In this document: positions 25,767 through 33,234 of the stretch, piece after piece | Position numbering within the stretch: position 1 is the first letter of the stretch | How the letters are laid out: each line of letters starts with the position of its first letter | Assembly (NCBI GenBank): GCA_943359705.1 | Contig: CALRIB010000001.1 | Span: forward strand, 1-37,581 | Source of the DNA: Candidatus Nomurabacteria bacterium | Lineage (GTDB): Bacteria > Patescibacteriota > Minisyncoccia > Phycocordibacterales > UBA2100 | Reading direction: 5' to 3' | DNA length: 37,581 nucleotides | Notes under the pieces: model-generated | Seen by the model: only the letters and a program-made list of their open reading frames with translations | What the model was told of the DNA's origin: nothing | The model's database searches: none | Program-made: the position numbers and the translations under genes

Positions 25767-25803
25767 GTTCCCAATGATAAGCTATCGTCAACGGATGGGA
25801 AGA
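25766..25803 (+). repeat. 38-bp dyad motif copy B (TGTTCCCA-N22-TGGGAAGA), covering the -10 and start of the PaaX-like gene
   Basis: Contains TATCAT (25774-25779, minus strand), 7 nt from the ATG. Same 13-nt core as copy A. Confidence 0.85.
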
Positions 25804-25906
25804 TTGCGTTGTGAACACGAGTGCGGTGAGTGCAGTAAGGCGTTGGGACTGCTCGGCGGAGTAGTCCATTATTTCAGGAAGTGTGGAAATAAGGTAGAGT
25901 GCTCTG

Positions 25907-27682
25907 ATGCAAATACGGAATTTCTCAATAATTGCTCACATCGATCACGGCAAATCCACGCTGGCCGACCGGATGCTCGAATTGACCGGCACCATTGAGC
26001 CGCGACGGATGCAGGAGCAGGTACTCGACAAAATGGACCTGGAGCGCGAGCGGGGAATTACCATCAAGATGGCACCCGTGCGGATCAACTGGAAGTACAA
26101 AGGAGCGGAATACGTTCTGAACCTCATAGACACACCGGGCCACGTCGATTTTTCGTACGAAGTTTCCCGCGCACTCACCGCGGTGGAGGGCGTTATCCTG
26201 CTTGTAGATGCGACGCAAGGCGTGCAGGCGCAAACACTTTCGGTCCTCGGTGTTGCGAAGGAATTGAACCGCGTCATCATTCCCGTGATATCAAAAATCG
26301 ATTCGCCCAACGCCCGCATTGACGACATCAGGAGTGAATTGGCGCTTCTCCTCAGTGTTGATGAATCGACCATCCTCGGCGTGTCCGGCAAAACGGGCGA
26401 AGGCGTTGCCGCGCTTCTCGACAGAGTAGTGGATATCGTCCCGCCGCCGCGGCACACCGACGTGACGCAGGGCCTCATTTTTGATTTCGGATATTCGGAC
26501 CATCGCGGCATCATTGTGTATCTGCGCGTCTTCGGCGGCTCCTTCAGGAAGGGCGACACGCTTCGATTTGTTGCAGCGGACGAAGATTTTATCGCGCTCG
26601 AAGTCGGCACGCTGGCGCCCGAAGAGAGTCCGAAAGACGAAATGTTGGAAGGGGAAATCGGATATATCGTGACGGGCATCAAAAAACCGGGCATCGCGAG
26701 CGTGGGTGATACGGTGACCAGCGCGAAACGCCCCGCGTCGGCGCTGTCGGGATACATGGCGCCGACGCCCGTCATTTGGGCCAGTGTGTATCCCGAGAGT
26801 CAGGACGACCTTCCCATCCTCCGCCAATCACTTGAAAAACTGCGGCTCTCAGACTCGTCTCTTTCGTACGAGGAAGAATCATCGGGCATTATGGGTCGCG
26901 GTTTCCGATGCGGCTTCCTCGGCATGCTCCACCTGGAAATTATCATCGAGCGATTACGCCGGGAGTTTCAGTTACATCTCGTCGTCACGCAACCGACGAC
27001 GATGTATGAGATAACTCTCACGAACGGCAAGAAAGAGGAAATTTATTCACCCGCGAAATTTCCGGACGAGGGTTCGATACAAGAGGTGAGGGAGATTTGG
27101 GCAGATATCACCCTCATTACACCGACCGACCGCGTGGGCGGCATTTCGCAACTCCTGTACGACCACGAGGCTACTGTCGGGGAAACAAAGACGCTTCCCG
27201 ACGGAAAAATAGAGATGGAAGCCGAGATGCCGCTCCGCGAGCTTATGCGCGGGTTTTTCGACAAGCTCAAAAGCGTTTCGTCCGGATTCGCTTCACTCGG
27301 CTACAAGCTGAAGGGTATGCGCCACGCGGATGTGGTACGACTGGAAATACTGGTAGCGGAGGAGACGGTCCCGGCTTTCGCGCGCATTGTTTCGGAGCGA
27401 CGCCTCAATTTTGAGGCTGACCAACTCGTTGAGAAACTCGAGGGGCTTTTGCCGCGGCAAATGTTTGAGCTGAAGATTCAGGCAAAGGCGCACGGGCGCA
27501 TTATCGCCTCACGCCGCAAGTCGGCGATGAAGAAAGATGTGACGCAGCACATGTACGGCGGTGACATCACCCGTAAAATGAAGCTCCGCGAGAAACAAAA
27601 GAAGGGCAAGAAAAAGATGCTCGCCCGCGGCACGGTCGACATCCCGCACGAGGTATTTTTGAAAGTAGTTCGAGAGGGCTAG
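25907..27682 (+). CDS. lepA: translation elongation factor 4 (LepA)
   Basis: IRNFSIIAHIDHGKSTLADR, DTPGHVDF, LepA C-terminal domain. TAGAGT at 25895-25900 lies 6 nt before the ATG. Confidence 0.97.
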   Translation: MQIRNFSIIAHIDHGKSTLADRMLELTGTIEPRRMQEQVLDKMDLERERGITIKMAPVRINWKYKGAEYVLNLIDTPGHVDFSYEVSRALTAVEGVILLVDATQGVQAQTLSVLGVAKELNRVIIPVISKIDSPNARIDDIRSELALLLSVDESTILGVSGKTGEGVAALLDRVVDIVPPPRHTDVTQGLIFDFGYSDHRGIIVYLRVFGGSFRKGDTLRFVAADEDFIALEVGTLAPEESPKDEMLEGEIGYIVTGIKKPGIASVGDTVTSAKRPASALSGYMAPTPVIWASVYPESQDDLPILRQSLEKLRLSDSSLSYEEESSGIMGRGFRCGFLGMLHLEIIIERLRREFQLHLVVTQPTTMYEITLTNGKKEEIYSPAKFPDEGSIQEVREIWADITLITPTDRVGGISQLLYDHEATVGETKTLPDGKIEMEAEMPLRELMRGFFDKLKSVSSGFASLGYKLKGMRHADVVRLEILVAEETVPAFARIVSERRLNFEADQLVEKLEGLLPRQMFELKIQAKAHGRIIASRRKSAMKKDVTQHMYGGDITRKMKLREKQKKGKKKMLARGTVDIPHEVFLKVVREG

Positions 27683-27804
27683 AGGCCAATCAGGCTCGTA
27701 AGGCCACCAAAGAAAACCACCATTCCGATGATGACCAAGACTGCGACAACGCCCCATATCACGTTGACCACTTTTTTCGTGCGCTTGTCGAAAAGAAAAC
27801 TCAT
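27679..27804 (-). CDS. possible 41-aa single-TM micro-protein (below the ORF-track cutoff)
   Basis: MSFLFDKRTKKVVNVIWGVVAVLVIIGMVVFFGGLTSLIGL. Its stop overlaps the lepA stop by 3 nt. No SD or -10 box seen. Confidence 0.3.
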   Translation of the reverse strand: MSFLFDKRTKKVVNVIWGVVAVLVIIGMVVFFGGLTSLIGL

Positions 27805-27868
27805 ATGTTGTAGGACAGGGTAGCGGATTGGCGGGGAAATGCAAATCGGACGGGTGTAGAATTGGCGT

Positions 27869-28246
27869 ATGAGGACGTATTACGACAAGCGCTCCATTGC
27901 CCGCCTGTTCCTGAAACGCATCGGGCTGGCCGGTCTTTTCCTGCTCGTCATCATTGCAATTCTCGGCGTGTGGAATGCCTACCAAAAGGAGCGCGAATCG
28001 GCGGGGCTGCGCGCGGAGGCGGAGGGGCAGCATGCGGACCTTGTGGCGCGCGCCACGCAGATGCAAGACAACCTTGCCAGATTAAATACCGACCGGGGCA
28101 AAGAAGAAGCGCTCCGTACCCAGTATGCGATGGCGGAAAAAGGCGAGAAGCTCATCGTTATCGTCGACCCCTCGACGACGACGCCCATACACGCGACATC
28201 CACCTCGGCCGGCGATTGGTTCCGTAAGACATTCTGGCCATGGTAA
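27869..28246 (+). CDS. FtsB/DivIC-like septum formation initiator (TM plus coiled coil)
   Basis: N-terminal TM, then a coiled coil, then GEKLIVIVDP. TAGAAT at 27857-27862 lies 6 nt before the ATG. Confidence 0.55.
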   Translation: MRTYYDKRSIARLFLKRIGLAGLFLLVIIAILGVWNAYQKERESAGLRAEAEGQHADLVARATQMQDNLARLNTDRGKEEALRTQYAMAEKGEKLIVIVDPSTTTPIHATSTSAGDWFRKTFWPW

Positions 28247-30033
28247 ACGCTAGCCAGGAGAAACCGGAAGCGATGCGAAAACCTCGTACGGTATTTAGCG
28301 TGTATGCGCGGGAAGTGCTGCGGCACCCCAAGCTCTTCAGCGTCATCGTTGTGTGCGACCTCATTATGCAGGCGACCTATCTCGTTGCCCCGCTCTATTT
28401 GCGTTCGTTTTTTAATACCATCGCCAAAAACGTGCCGAGCGATGCCGTTGCGCAGGCGCTGGTATACATCCTCGTCGTTATCGTCATTATTTGGATTATC
28501 GACTGGCTCGCGCACCGCGGACAGTACGTCGCTACGATGTATCTTGAGACCCGGGTAATGTCGGATCTGTATCGTTCCACGTTCGACTACCTGCTCGGCC
28601 ATTCATACAACTTCTTCATTTCGCAATTCGCCGGCTCACTCACACACAAGGTGAGCAAATTCGTGAGGTCATTCGAAATTATCATCGACAGTGTCGTCAA
28701 CAACATGTTCCCCGCGCTCGTCTTTATTACCGGCGCAATCGTGGTGCTTTTTATCCGCAATCACACACTGGGAATCATTCTGGCCGTGTGGTCGGTGCTG
28801 TACCTCATGTTTCAAATCTACGTTTCTCGGGTACGTCGACCATCCCGCATTGCCCGAGCGGAGGCCGACAGCCGGGTGACCGGCAACCTGGCCGACGCAA
28901 TATCAAACCAATCGACGATCGTACTCTTCTCAGGCGGTCGTCATGAGGCGTCCCGATTCGGTAGGACAGTGGCCGAATGGGTGAAGGCTTTTTTGCGCAC
29001 GTGGTGGGTCGACGCGTGGATTTGGCTCGGTCTCGGCTTCTTTATGATAGTCATCCAAACGACGCTGCTCTACGTAGGTATTCAGCTCTGGCACGAGGGA
29101 CTTTTTTCCGTCGGAGATTTTATCCTCATCCAGGCCTACCTCCTCACCGCTTTTGAGCGGCTCGAGCAGGTGAATCGTCAGCTGCGCCGCGCCAACGACG
29201 CATACAGCGATGCCGGTGAAATGGTGGAGATACTCGAAACGCTCCATGAGGTACACGACGTGCCGGGCGCTCGGCCGCTTCTCGTGCGGGACGGGGCTCT
29301 CACTTTTGAGAACGTTGACTTTTACTTTTACGAAGAGCAGGGCGTCTTCGAGAATTTCAATCTGGCCGTACGCGGGCGGGAAAAGGTGGCGTTTGTCGGC
29401 CCCTCCGGGGCGGGCAAAACGACGCTCACCAAGCTGATTCTCCGCTTGTTCGACGTAAAGGCGGGTGCGATAACCGTCGACGGACAGAATATCGCAGCGG
29501 TGACCCAAGAGAGCTTGCGCGATGCCATCGGCTTCGTGCCGCAGGAGCCGATTCTCTTCCATCGCACGTTGATGGAAAACATCCGCTACGGACGGCGTGA
29601 CGCGAGTGATGCGGATGTCGTTGAAGCTGCCAAGCGCGCACACTGTCATGAATTCATTTCGAAGCTACCGCATGGATACGATACATACGTGGGCGAGCGC
29701 GGCGTGAAGCTCTCAGGCGGCGAGCGCCAGAGAGTGGCTATCGCGCGGGCAATACTCAAGAACGCACCGCTCCTCATTCTCGACGAAGCGACCTCGAGTC
29801 TCGACTCGACTTCAGAACTCCTTATCCAAAAAGCACTTGCCGACCTTATGAGCGGCAAGACGGTCATCGTCATCGCGCACCGCCTCTCCACTATCATGAA
29901 AATGGATCGCATCATCGTTCTCGACGGCGGCACGCTCGTGGAGGAGGGCACGCACCAGGAATTACTCACCAAAAAAGGCCTCTACGCCGAACTCTGGAGC
30001 CATCAGGCCGGCGGATTTATTCAGGATGAGTAA
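28240..30033 (+). CDS. ABC exporter, fused permease/ATPase (MsbA-like)
   Basis: Six TM segments, Walker A GPSGAGKTT, signature LSGGERQR, Walker B LLILDEATS. Overlaps the upstream gene by 7 nt. Confidence 0.93.
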   Translation: MVNASQEKPEAMRKPRTVFSVYAREVLRHPKLFSVIVVCDLIMQATYLVAPLYLRSFFNTIAKNVPSDAVAQALVYILVVIVIIWIIDWLAHRGQYVATMYLETRVMSDLYRSTFDYLLGHSYNFFISQFAGSLTHKVSKFVRSFEIIIDSVVNNMFPALVFITGAIVVLFIRNHTLGIILAVWSVLYLMFQIYVSRVRRPSRIARAEADSRVTGNLADAISNQSTIVLFSGGRHEASRFGRTVAEWVKAFLRTWWVDAWIWLGLGFFMIVIQTTLLYVGIQLWHEGLFSVGDFILIQAYLLTAFERLEQVNRQLRRANDAYSDAGEMVEILETLHEVHDVPGARPLLVRDGALTFENVDFYFYEEQGVFENFNLAVRGREKVAFVGPSGAGKTTLTKLILRLFDVKAGAITVDGQNIAAVTQESLRDAIGFVPQEPILFHRTLMENIRYGRRDASDADVVEAAKRAHCHEFISKLPHGYDTYVGERGVKLSGGERQRVAIARAILKNAPLLILDEATSSLDSTSELLIQKALADLMSGKTVIVIAHRLSTIMKMDRIIVLDGGTLVEEGTHQELLTKKGLYAELWSHQAGGFIQDE

Positions 30034-30057
30034 GTGCGGTGGTATAGTAATTCCGCC

Positions 30058-30128
30058 GCGGGCGTAGTTCAGTGGCAGAATGAATGCTTCCCAAGCATTA
30101 GATGCGGGTTCGATTCCCGCCGCCCGCA
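30058..30128 (+). tRNA. tRNA-Gly (anticodon CCC)
   Basis: Acceptor GCGGGCG/CGCCCGC, anticodon loop TTCCCAA, T-loop TTCGATT. TGgTATAGT -10 at 30040-30048. Confidence 0.92.
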
Positions 30129-30129
30129 C

Positions 30130-30453
30130 CTAAAGATACTTTTTACCGTACCGACGCATCGCATCGACGACGGAATTGAACGCGCGGCCTTTTTTGGTGA
30201 GTTCGTAGTGACTTCGCACGGGCTTGGTAAAGTGTTTGCGTGCGATGAACTTCTCTTTTTCGAGACGTTTCAGGGTATTGGTGAGAGTACGCGGGCTCAT
30301 GCCGAGCGAATCCTCGAACTCTCCGAATCGTTGCGGCTTTTCCATAAGGTCTCGCATGATGAGAAGGGAACAGGCGTCGCCGAGGAGGTCGGCCACGCGC
30401 GCAACGGGGCACTCAGGACAGAGTTTCTTGCGCTGGCTTTTCGTGCGTAACAT
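30130..30453 (-). CDS. HxlR-family winged-helix transcriptional regulator
   Basis: CPVARVADLLGDACSLLIMRDL...FGEFEDSLGMSPRTLTNTLKRLE. TGtTAGTGT at 30460-30468 (minus) lies 6 nt before the ATG. Confidence 0.88.
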   Translation of the reverse strand: MLRTKSQRKKLCPECPVARVADLLGDACSLLIMRDLMEKPQRFGEFEDSLGMSPRTLTNTLKRLEKEKFIARKHFTKPVRSHYELTKKGRAFNSVVDAMRRYGKKYL

Positions 30454-30475
30454 TACACCACACTAACACAACGTT

Positions 30476-30500
30476 ACTCACTTTACAAAGTAAAGTGAGT
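30476..30500. promoter_or_regulatory. 25-bp palindrome ACTCACTTTAC-AAA-GTAAAGTGAGT between hxlR and the LUD gene (putative HxlR operator)
   Basis: Perfect 11-bp arms. It abuts the TGCTACACT box (30501-30509) of the LUD gene and lies upstream of the hxlR -10. Confidence 0.55.
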
Positions 30501-30539
30501 TGCTACACTGAAATCACATTATTTATCTCACTCTACTGT

Positions 30540-31157
30540 ATGGATTACACCAAACTCGCGTCGGATGAAGTCATAGAAAAGACCGCCAAGGGTCTTGAAG
30601 GTCGCCGGTTCAAATCAATGGTTGTCGGAAGCGGCAAAGAAGCGCTTGCTGCAATACAGGGGCTTATTCCGGAAGGCGCATCGGTGATGAACGGTTCTTC
30701 CGTGACGCTCGAAGAGATAGGGTTTGTCGAATACCTCAAATCAGGCAGCCACAAGTGGAACAATCTCCACGCAGGTGTCCTTGCGGAGAACGACCAGGCC
30801 AAACGCGCCGACCTTCGCCGCCGGTCGGTCCTCTCCGATTATTACCTCGGCAGCGTTCACGCCATTACCGAAGACGGAGAAATGGTCATCGCGTCCAATA
30901 CGGGCAGCCAGCAGCCGCACCTTGTCTACACCTCGCCGAATCTCATTCTCGTGGTCGGTGCGCAGAAGATAGTTCCTACGCTTCCGGCCGCATTTGAGCG
31001 CCTGGAAAAGCATGTCATTCCGCTGGAAGACGAGCACATGAAAAAGCTCTACGGCAGCGGCACAATGCACAACAAAACCGTCATCCTCCACGGTGAAAGC
31101 CCGATGATGAAGCGTTCGGCGACCGTTATTATCGTGAAGGAGGAACTGGGCTTCTGA
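30540..31157 (+). CDS. LUD (lactate-utilisation, DUF162) domain protein
   Basis: LUD-like sequence over the full length (SGKEALAAIQGLIPEGASVMNGSSVTLEEIG...). The ATG at 30540 is preferred over the track's GTG at 30495. Confidence 0.82.
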   Translation: MDYTKLASDEVIEKTAKGLEGRRFKSMVVGSGKEALAAIQGLIPEGASVMNGSSVTLEEIGFVEYLKSGSHKWNNLHAGVLAENDQAKRADLRRRSVLSDYYLGSVHAITEDGEMVIASNTGSQQPHLVYTSPNLILVVGAQKIVPTLPAAFERLEKHVIPLEDEHMKKLYGSGTMHNKTVILHGESPMMKRSATVIIVKEELGF

Positions 31158-31204
31158 CGAATGTTGGTGATATACTAATCGAACTTAAAAATAAAAAATA
31201 GCTT

Positions 31205-31444
31205 ATGGCCAAACCTCAAGTAACCATTTATTCGACTCCGACCTGCCACTTCTGCCACGCGGCCAAGGATTTCTTCACCGCCAACAAAGTGCAATTCACC
31301 GACTACAACGTCGCGACCGACCTCGCGAAGCGCAAGGAGATGGTGGAGAAGAGCGGACAGCTCGGTGTGCCGGTCATCACGGTAGGAGACAAAACGGTCG
31401 TGGGCTTTGACGAAGACCGATTGAAGGAGCTTCTCGCGGTTTAG
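31205..31444 (+). CDS. glutaredoxin-like (NrdH/YruB-type) protein
   Basis: VTIYSTPTCHFCHAAKDFF...GVPVITVGDKTVVGFD, with a CxxC redox motif. Confidence 0.88.
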   Translation: MAKPQVTIYSTPTCHFCHAAKDFFTANKVQFTDYNVATDLAKRKEMVEKSGQLGVPVITVGDKTVVGFDEDRLKELLAV

Positions 31445-31551
31445 TTGGTGCCCCTGGGCTCCTGGGAAACCCACGGTTCTCCCAAACCTTCCTCCGCGGG
31501 AAACTCCCGTTTCCCGACCCCTTCCCATTGCTGGTGGCATCGCTTCACGAG

Positions 31552-31623
31552 TGCCCCCAGCAAGAATCGAACTCACATCGTTCCCTTAGGACGGGACTGC
31601 TCTATCCATTGAGCTATGGGGGC
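31552..31623 (-). tRNA. tRNA-Arg (anticodon CCU)
   Basis: Minus strand: acceptor GCCCCCA/TGGGGGC, D-arm GCTC-AATGGATA-GAGC, anticodon loop GTCCTAA, T-loop TTCGATT. The 27-43 pair is a G-A mismatch. Confidence 0.82.
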
Positions 31624-31633
31624 TAGCCGGACA

Positions 31634-31660
31634 ACTGTAGCATTTTTGGAATGCTAGAAT
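31634..31660. promoter_or_regulatory. back-to-back divergent extended -10 boxes: TGCTACAGT (minus, tRNA-Arg) and TGCTAGAAT (plus, 31667 gene)
   Basis: The two TGCTA elements form the arms of the inverted repeat TAGCATT-N5-AATGCTA. Confidence 0.5.
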
Positions 31661-31666
31661 AAGCGT

Positions 31667-31978
31667 ATGGAGGTGAACGACCAGACGCTGACGGAGTTGT
31701 TGCGCCTCACGCAGGACAACAACAAGATGCTGCACAAGATGCGCCGCGGTGCTCTGTGGGGCGGCATTATTAAATTCATCTTGTACGTCGTGATTTTTGT
31801 TGTCGCGCCGCTTTGGGTGTACGCCACCTACCTCGCCCCCATCGTGCAGCAGATGACAGCGACGATGCAGCAGATACAGGGCACCGGTGCAAAAGCGTCG
31901 GCACAGCTCAGCGATTTCCAAAAGATGTGGAACGATATCCAGTCCAAGATTCCCGGTCTGGGTAACGCCAAACAGTAG
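31667..31978 (+). CDS. hypothetical single-TM protein (103 aa)
   Basis: TGCTAGAAT lies 6 nt before the ATG. TM IIKFILYVVIFVVAPLWVY. Confidence 0.6.
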   Translation: MEVNDQTLTELLRLTQDNNKMLHKMRRGALWGGIIKFILYVVIFVVAPLWVYATYLAPIVQQMTATMQQIQGTGAKASAQLSDFQKMWNDIQSKIPGLGNAKQ

Positions 31979-32019
31979 TCGATTGAGAAAATGTTGAATG
32001 ACGGTTATATTAGACTGTC

Positions 32020-32092
32020 GCCCAGATAGCTCAGTTAGTAGAGCATTCCCCTGAAGAGGGAAGGGTCGTCAGTGCAAATCTGACTCTGGGCA
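32020..32092 (+). tRNA. tRNA-Phe (anticodon GAA) with a non-canonical D-loop (A18) and T-loop (G55)
   Basis: Acceptor GCCCAGA/TCTGGGC, D-loop AGTTAGTA, anticodon loop CTGAAGA, T-arm GTCAG-TGCAAAT-CTGAC. Confidence 0.78.
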
Positions 32093-32235
32093 CATGGAGC
32101 GGAGCGAAATGAGCCAGAAGGGCAATGCCTGCGCATTGACCGGGTCGGATTTGCAAGCCGGAGCCATGTCGCTTGCGACAGGCGAGGCCGGGTAGGAGCC
32201 ACTTAACGAGCGCAGCGAGTTTAGTGAGCTGTCAC

Positions 32236-32255
32236 CAAATCTGACTCTGGGCACA
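32236..32255 (+). repeat. exact 20-nt direct repeat of the tRNA-Phe 3' end (CAAATCTGACTCTGGGCACA = 32075-32094)
   Basis: Read directly from the sequence. Offset 161 bp. Confidence 0.9.
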
Positions 32256-32279
32256 AAACAAAAATGGCCGACCCGATCC

Positions 32280-32558
32280 TCATGAGGGCCGGGCCGGATA
32301 GAGTTCGCGGATCTCGACGCGTGATGCTGAGACCATGACAAGGCCGTAGAAGACCCACCCCAACAGGACACAAGTTGCCAACGCGACGACGTGTGTCGCG
32401 AAGGACTCGGCTTTGAAGCGTTCCGGGTACCTTCGGCGCACCACGCCGAAAATCAGAAACCATCCCATGATGAATCCCGCCACGGGCCACGTAACCGCGG
32501 TTGTTGTCGCGATGATGTCGACATACAACGGCGAGCTGATTCCAAGTAACCACAACAT
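32280..32558 (-). CDS. hypothetical 3-TM membrane protein (92 aa)
   Basis: AGAGG lies about 8 nt before the ATG at 32558. The track start at 32573 is a TTG. Confidence 0.5.
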   Translation of the reverse strand: MLWLLGISSPLYVDIIATTTAVTWPVAGFIMGWFLIFGVVRRRYPERFKAESFATHVVALATCVLLGWVFYGLVMVSASRVEIRELYPARPS

Positions 32559-32622
32559 GTGCCGACCTCTCAAGTGTGTTTGCAGGCTAACGAGAGCCTA
32601 CCATCAAGCGCTAGTGCGTCAA

Positions 32623-33198
32623 CTAAAATCCAAGCGTGAAGGTCATCGGCTTCGCGCCGCCGCTTAGCCACTTCGAGGTGTTGAGGGGTATCTCGCGTGT
32701 CGTGCCGAGGTCGCGGTATTTGAGTTTGTTGTTTTTGAGGGCGAAGTCGAGCACTCGCTTGGTGAGCTCTACGTCCTTGATGCAGTACTCTTTTACCTTC
32801 TCCACTTCGCCCGCACGCCACCATTTAAGAGACTGTGCGCCGTCGGCGCTCTTACCTTCGCCAAGCGTGCCTTCGGCAATGGAGTCGAGCTTGAGGCGCC
32901 GACCTAGAGATTTGTGTACTTCCTGCATCAGGTCGAGACTCCGGATGCGCGTGAGGTCGCCCGGGTAATATTTGTTCAAAAGAGGAATGTCGAAGTGGTC
33001 GGAATTGTAACCTACCAAGACATCCGTCCGCTCAAGAATGGGCCACAGCTGCGGCAACTCACTTTCCACGTAACACGTGTATTTTCCTGTTTCCGAATCG
33101 TGAACGGCGACGACTGCGATGGAGAGGTCGGCGGGGTCGCCGGAGCCGGTCTCGCTCATCCAGTTCGAAGTTTCGATATCAAATACGACCGTGCGCAT
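32623..33198 (-). CDS. DEDDy-type 3'-5' exonuclease / RNase H-like superfamily protein
   Basis: Exo motifs FDIET, GYNSDHFDIPLL and YCIKDVELT. TGCTATACT at 33206-33214 (minus) lies 7 nt before the ATG. Confidence 0.75.
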   Translation of the reverse strand: MRTVVFDIETSNWMSETGSGDPADLSIAVVAVHDSETGKYTCYVESELPQLWPILERTDVLVGYNSDHFDIPLLNKYYPGDLTRIRSLDLMQEVHKSLGRRLKLDSIAEGTLGEGKSADGAQSLKWWRAGEVEKVKEYCIKDVELTKRVLDFALKNNKLKYRDLGTTREIPLNTSKWLSGGAKPMTFTLGF

Positions 33199-33234
33199 CG
33201 CGCGCAGTATAGCAGAAAGCGTTTTGGAACATCC

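Noticed and set aside
25143-25803. Could the two 38-bp partially palindromic repeats next to a Cas2-like-fold (PaaX_C) protein be a minimal CRISPR array?
   Set aside because: There are only two copies, they are 585 bp apart and they flank a gene. They are 29/38 identical rather than near-perfect. There is no spacer-sized periodicity and there are no cas genes.
27509-28066. 185-aa minus-strand ORF spanning the lepA end and the ftsB-like start.
   Set aside because: It overlaps two supported genes and has no start signals. Only the small 41-aa frame at 27679-27804 was kept, as a low-confidence candidate.
30034-30466. ORFs 30034..30450(+), 30143..30412(-) and 30224..30466(+).
   Set aside because: The first runs through tRNA-Gly and antisense to a clear HxlR gene. 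The others are alternative frames of the same region with no motifs.
31445-31551. SRP (4.5S) RNA, suggested by the CCGCGGAGGAAGG segment and a GNRA-capped helix on the minus strand.
   Set aside because: The GNRA hairpin is a perfect 7-bp stem without the conserved symmetric/asymmetric loops (GGAA...AGCA context) of SRP helix 8. No terminal helix pairs the two ends.
31175-31576. 133-aa minus-strand ORF.
   Set aside because: It is antisense to the glutaredoxin-like gene and runs into tRNA-Arg.
32094-32195. 33-codon ORF (MERSEMSQKGNACALTGSDLQAGAMSLATGEAG) inside the tRNA-Phe insert.
   Set aside because: It has no SD or -10 box, its start overlaps the nucleotides just past the tRNA 3' end, and its composition looks non-coding. 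The hairpin content is the better explanation.
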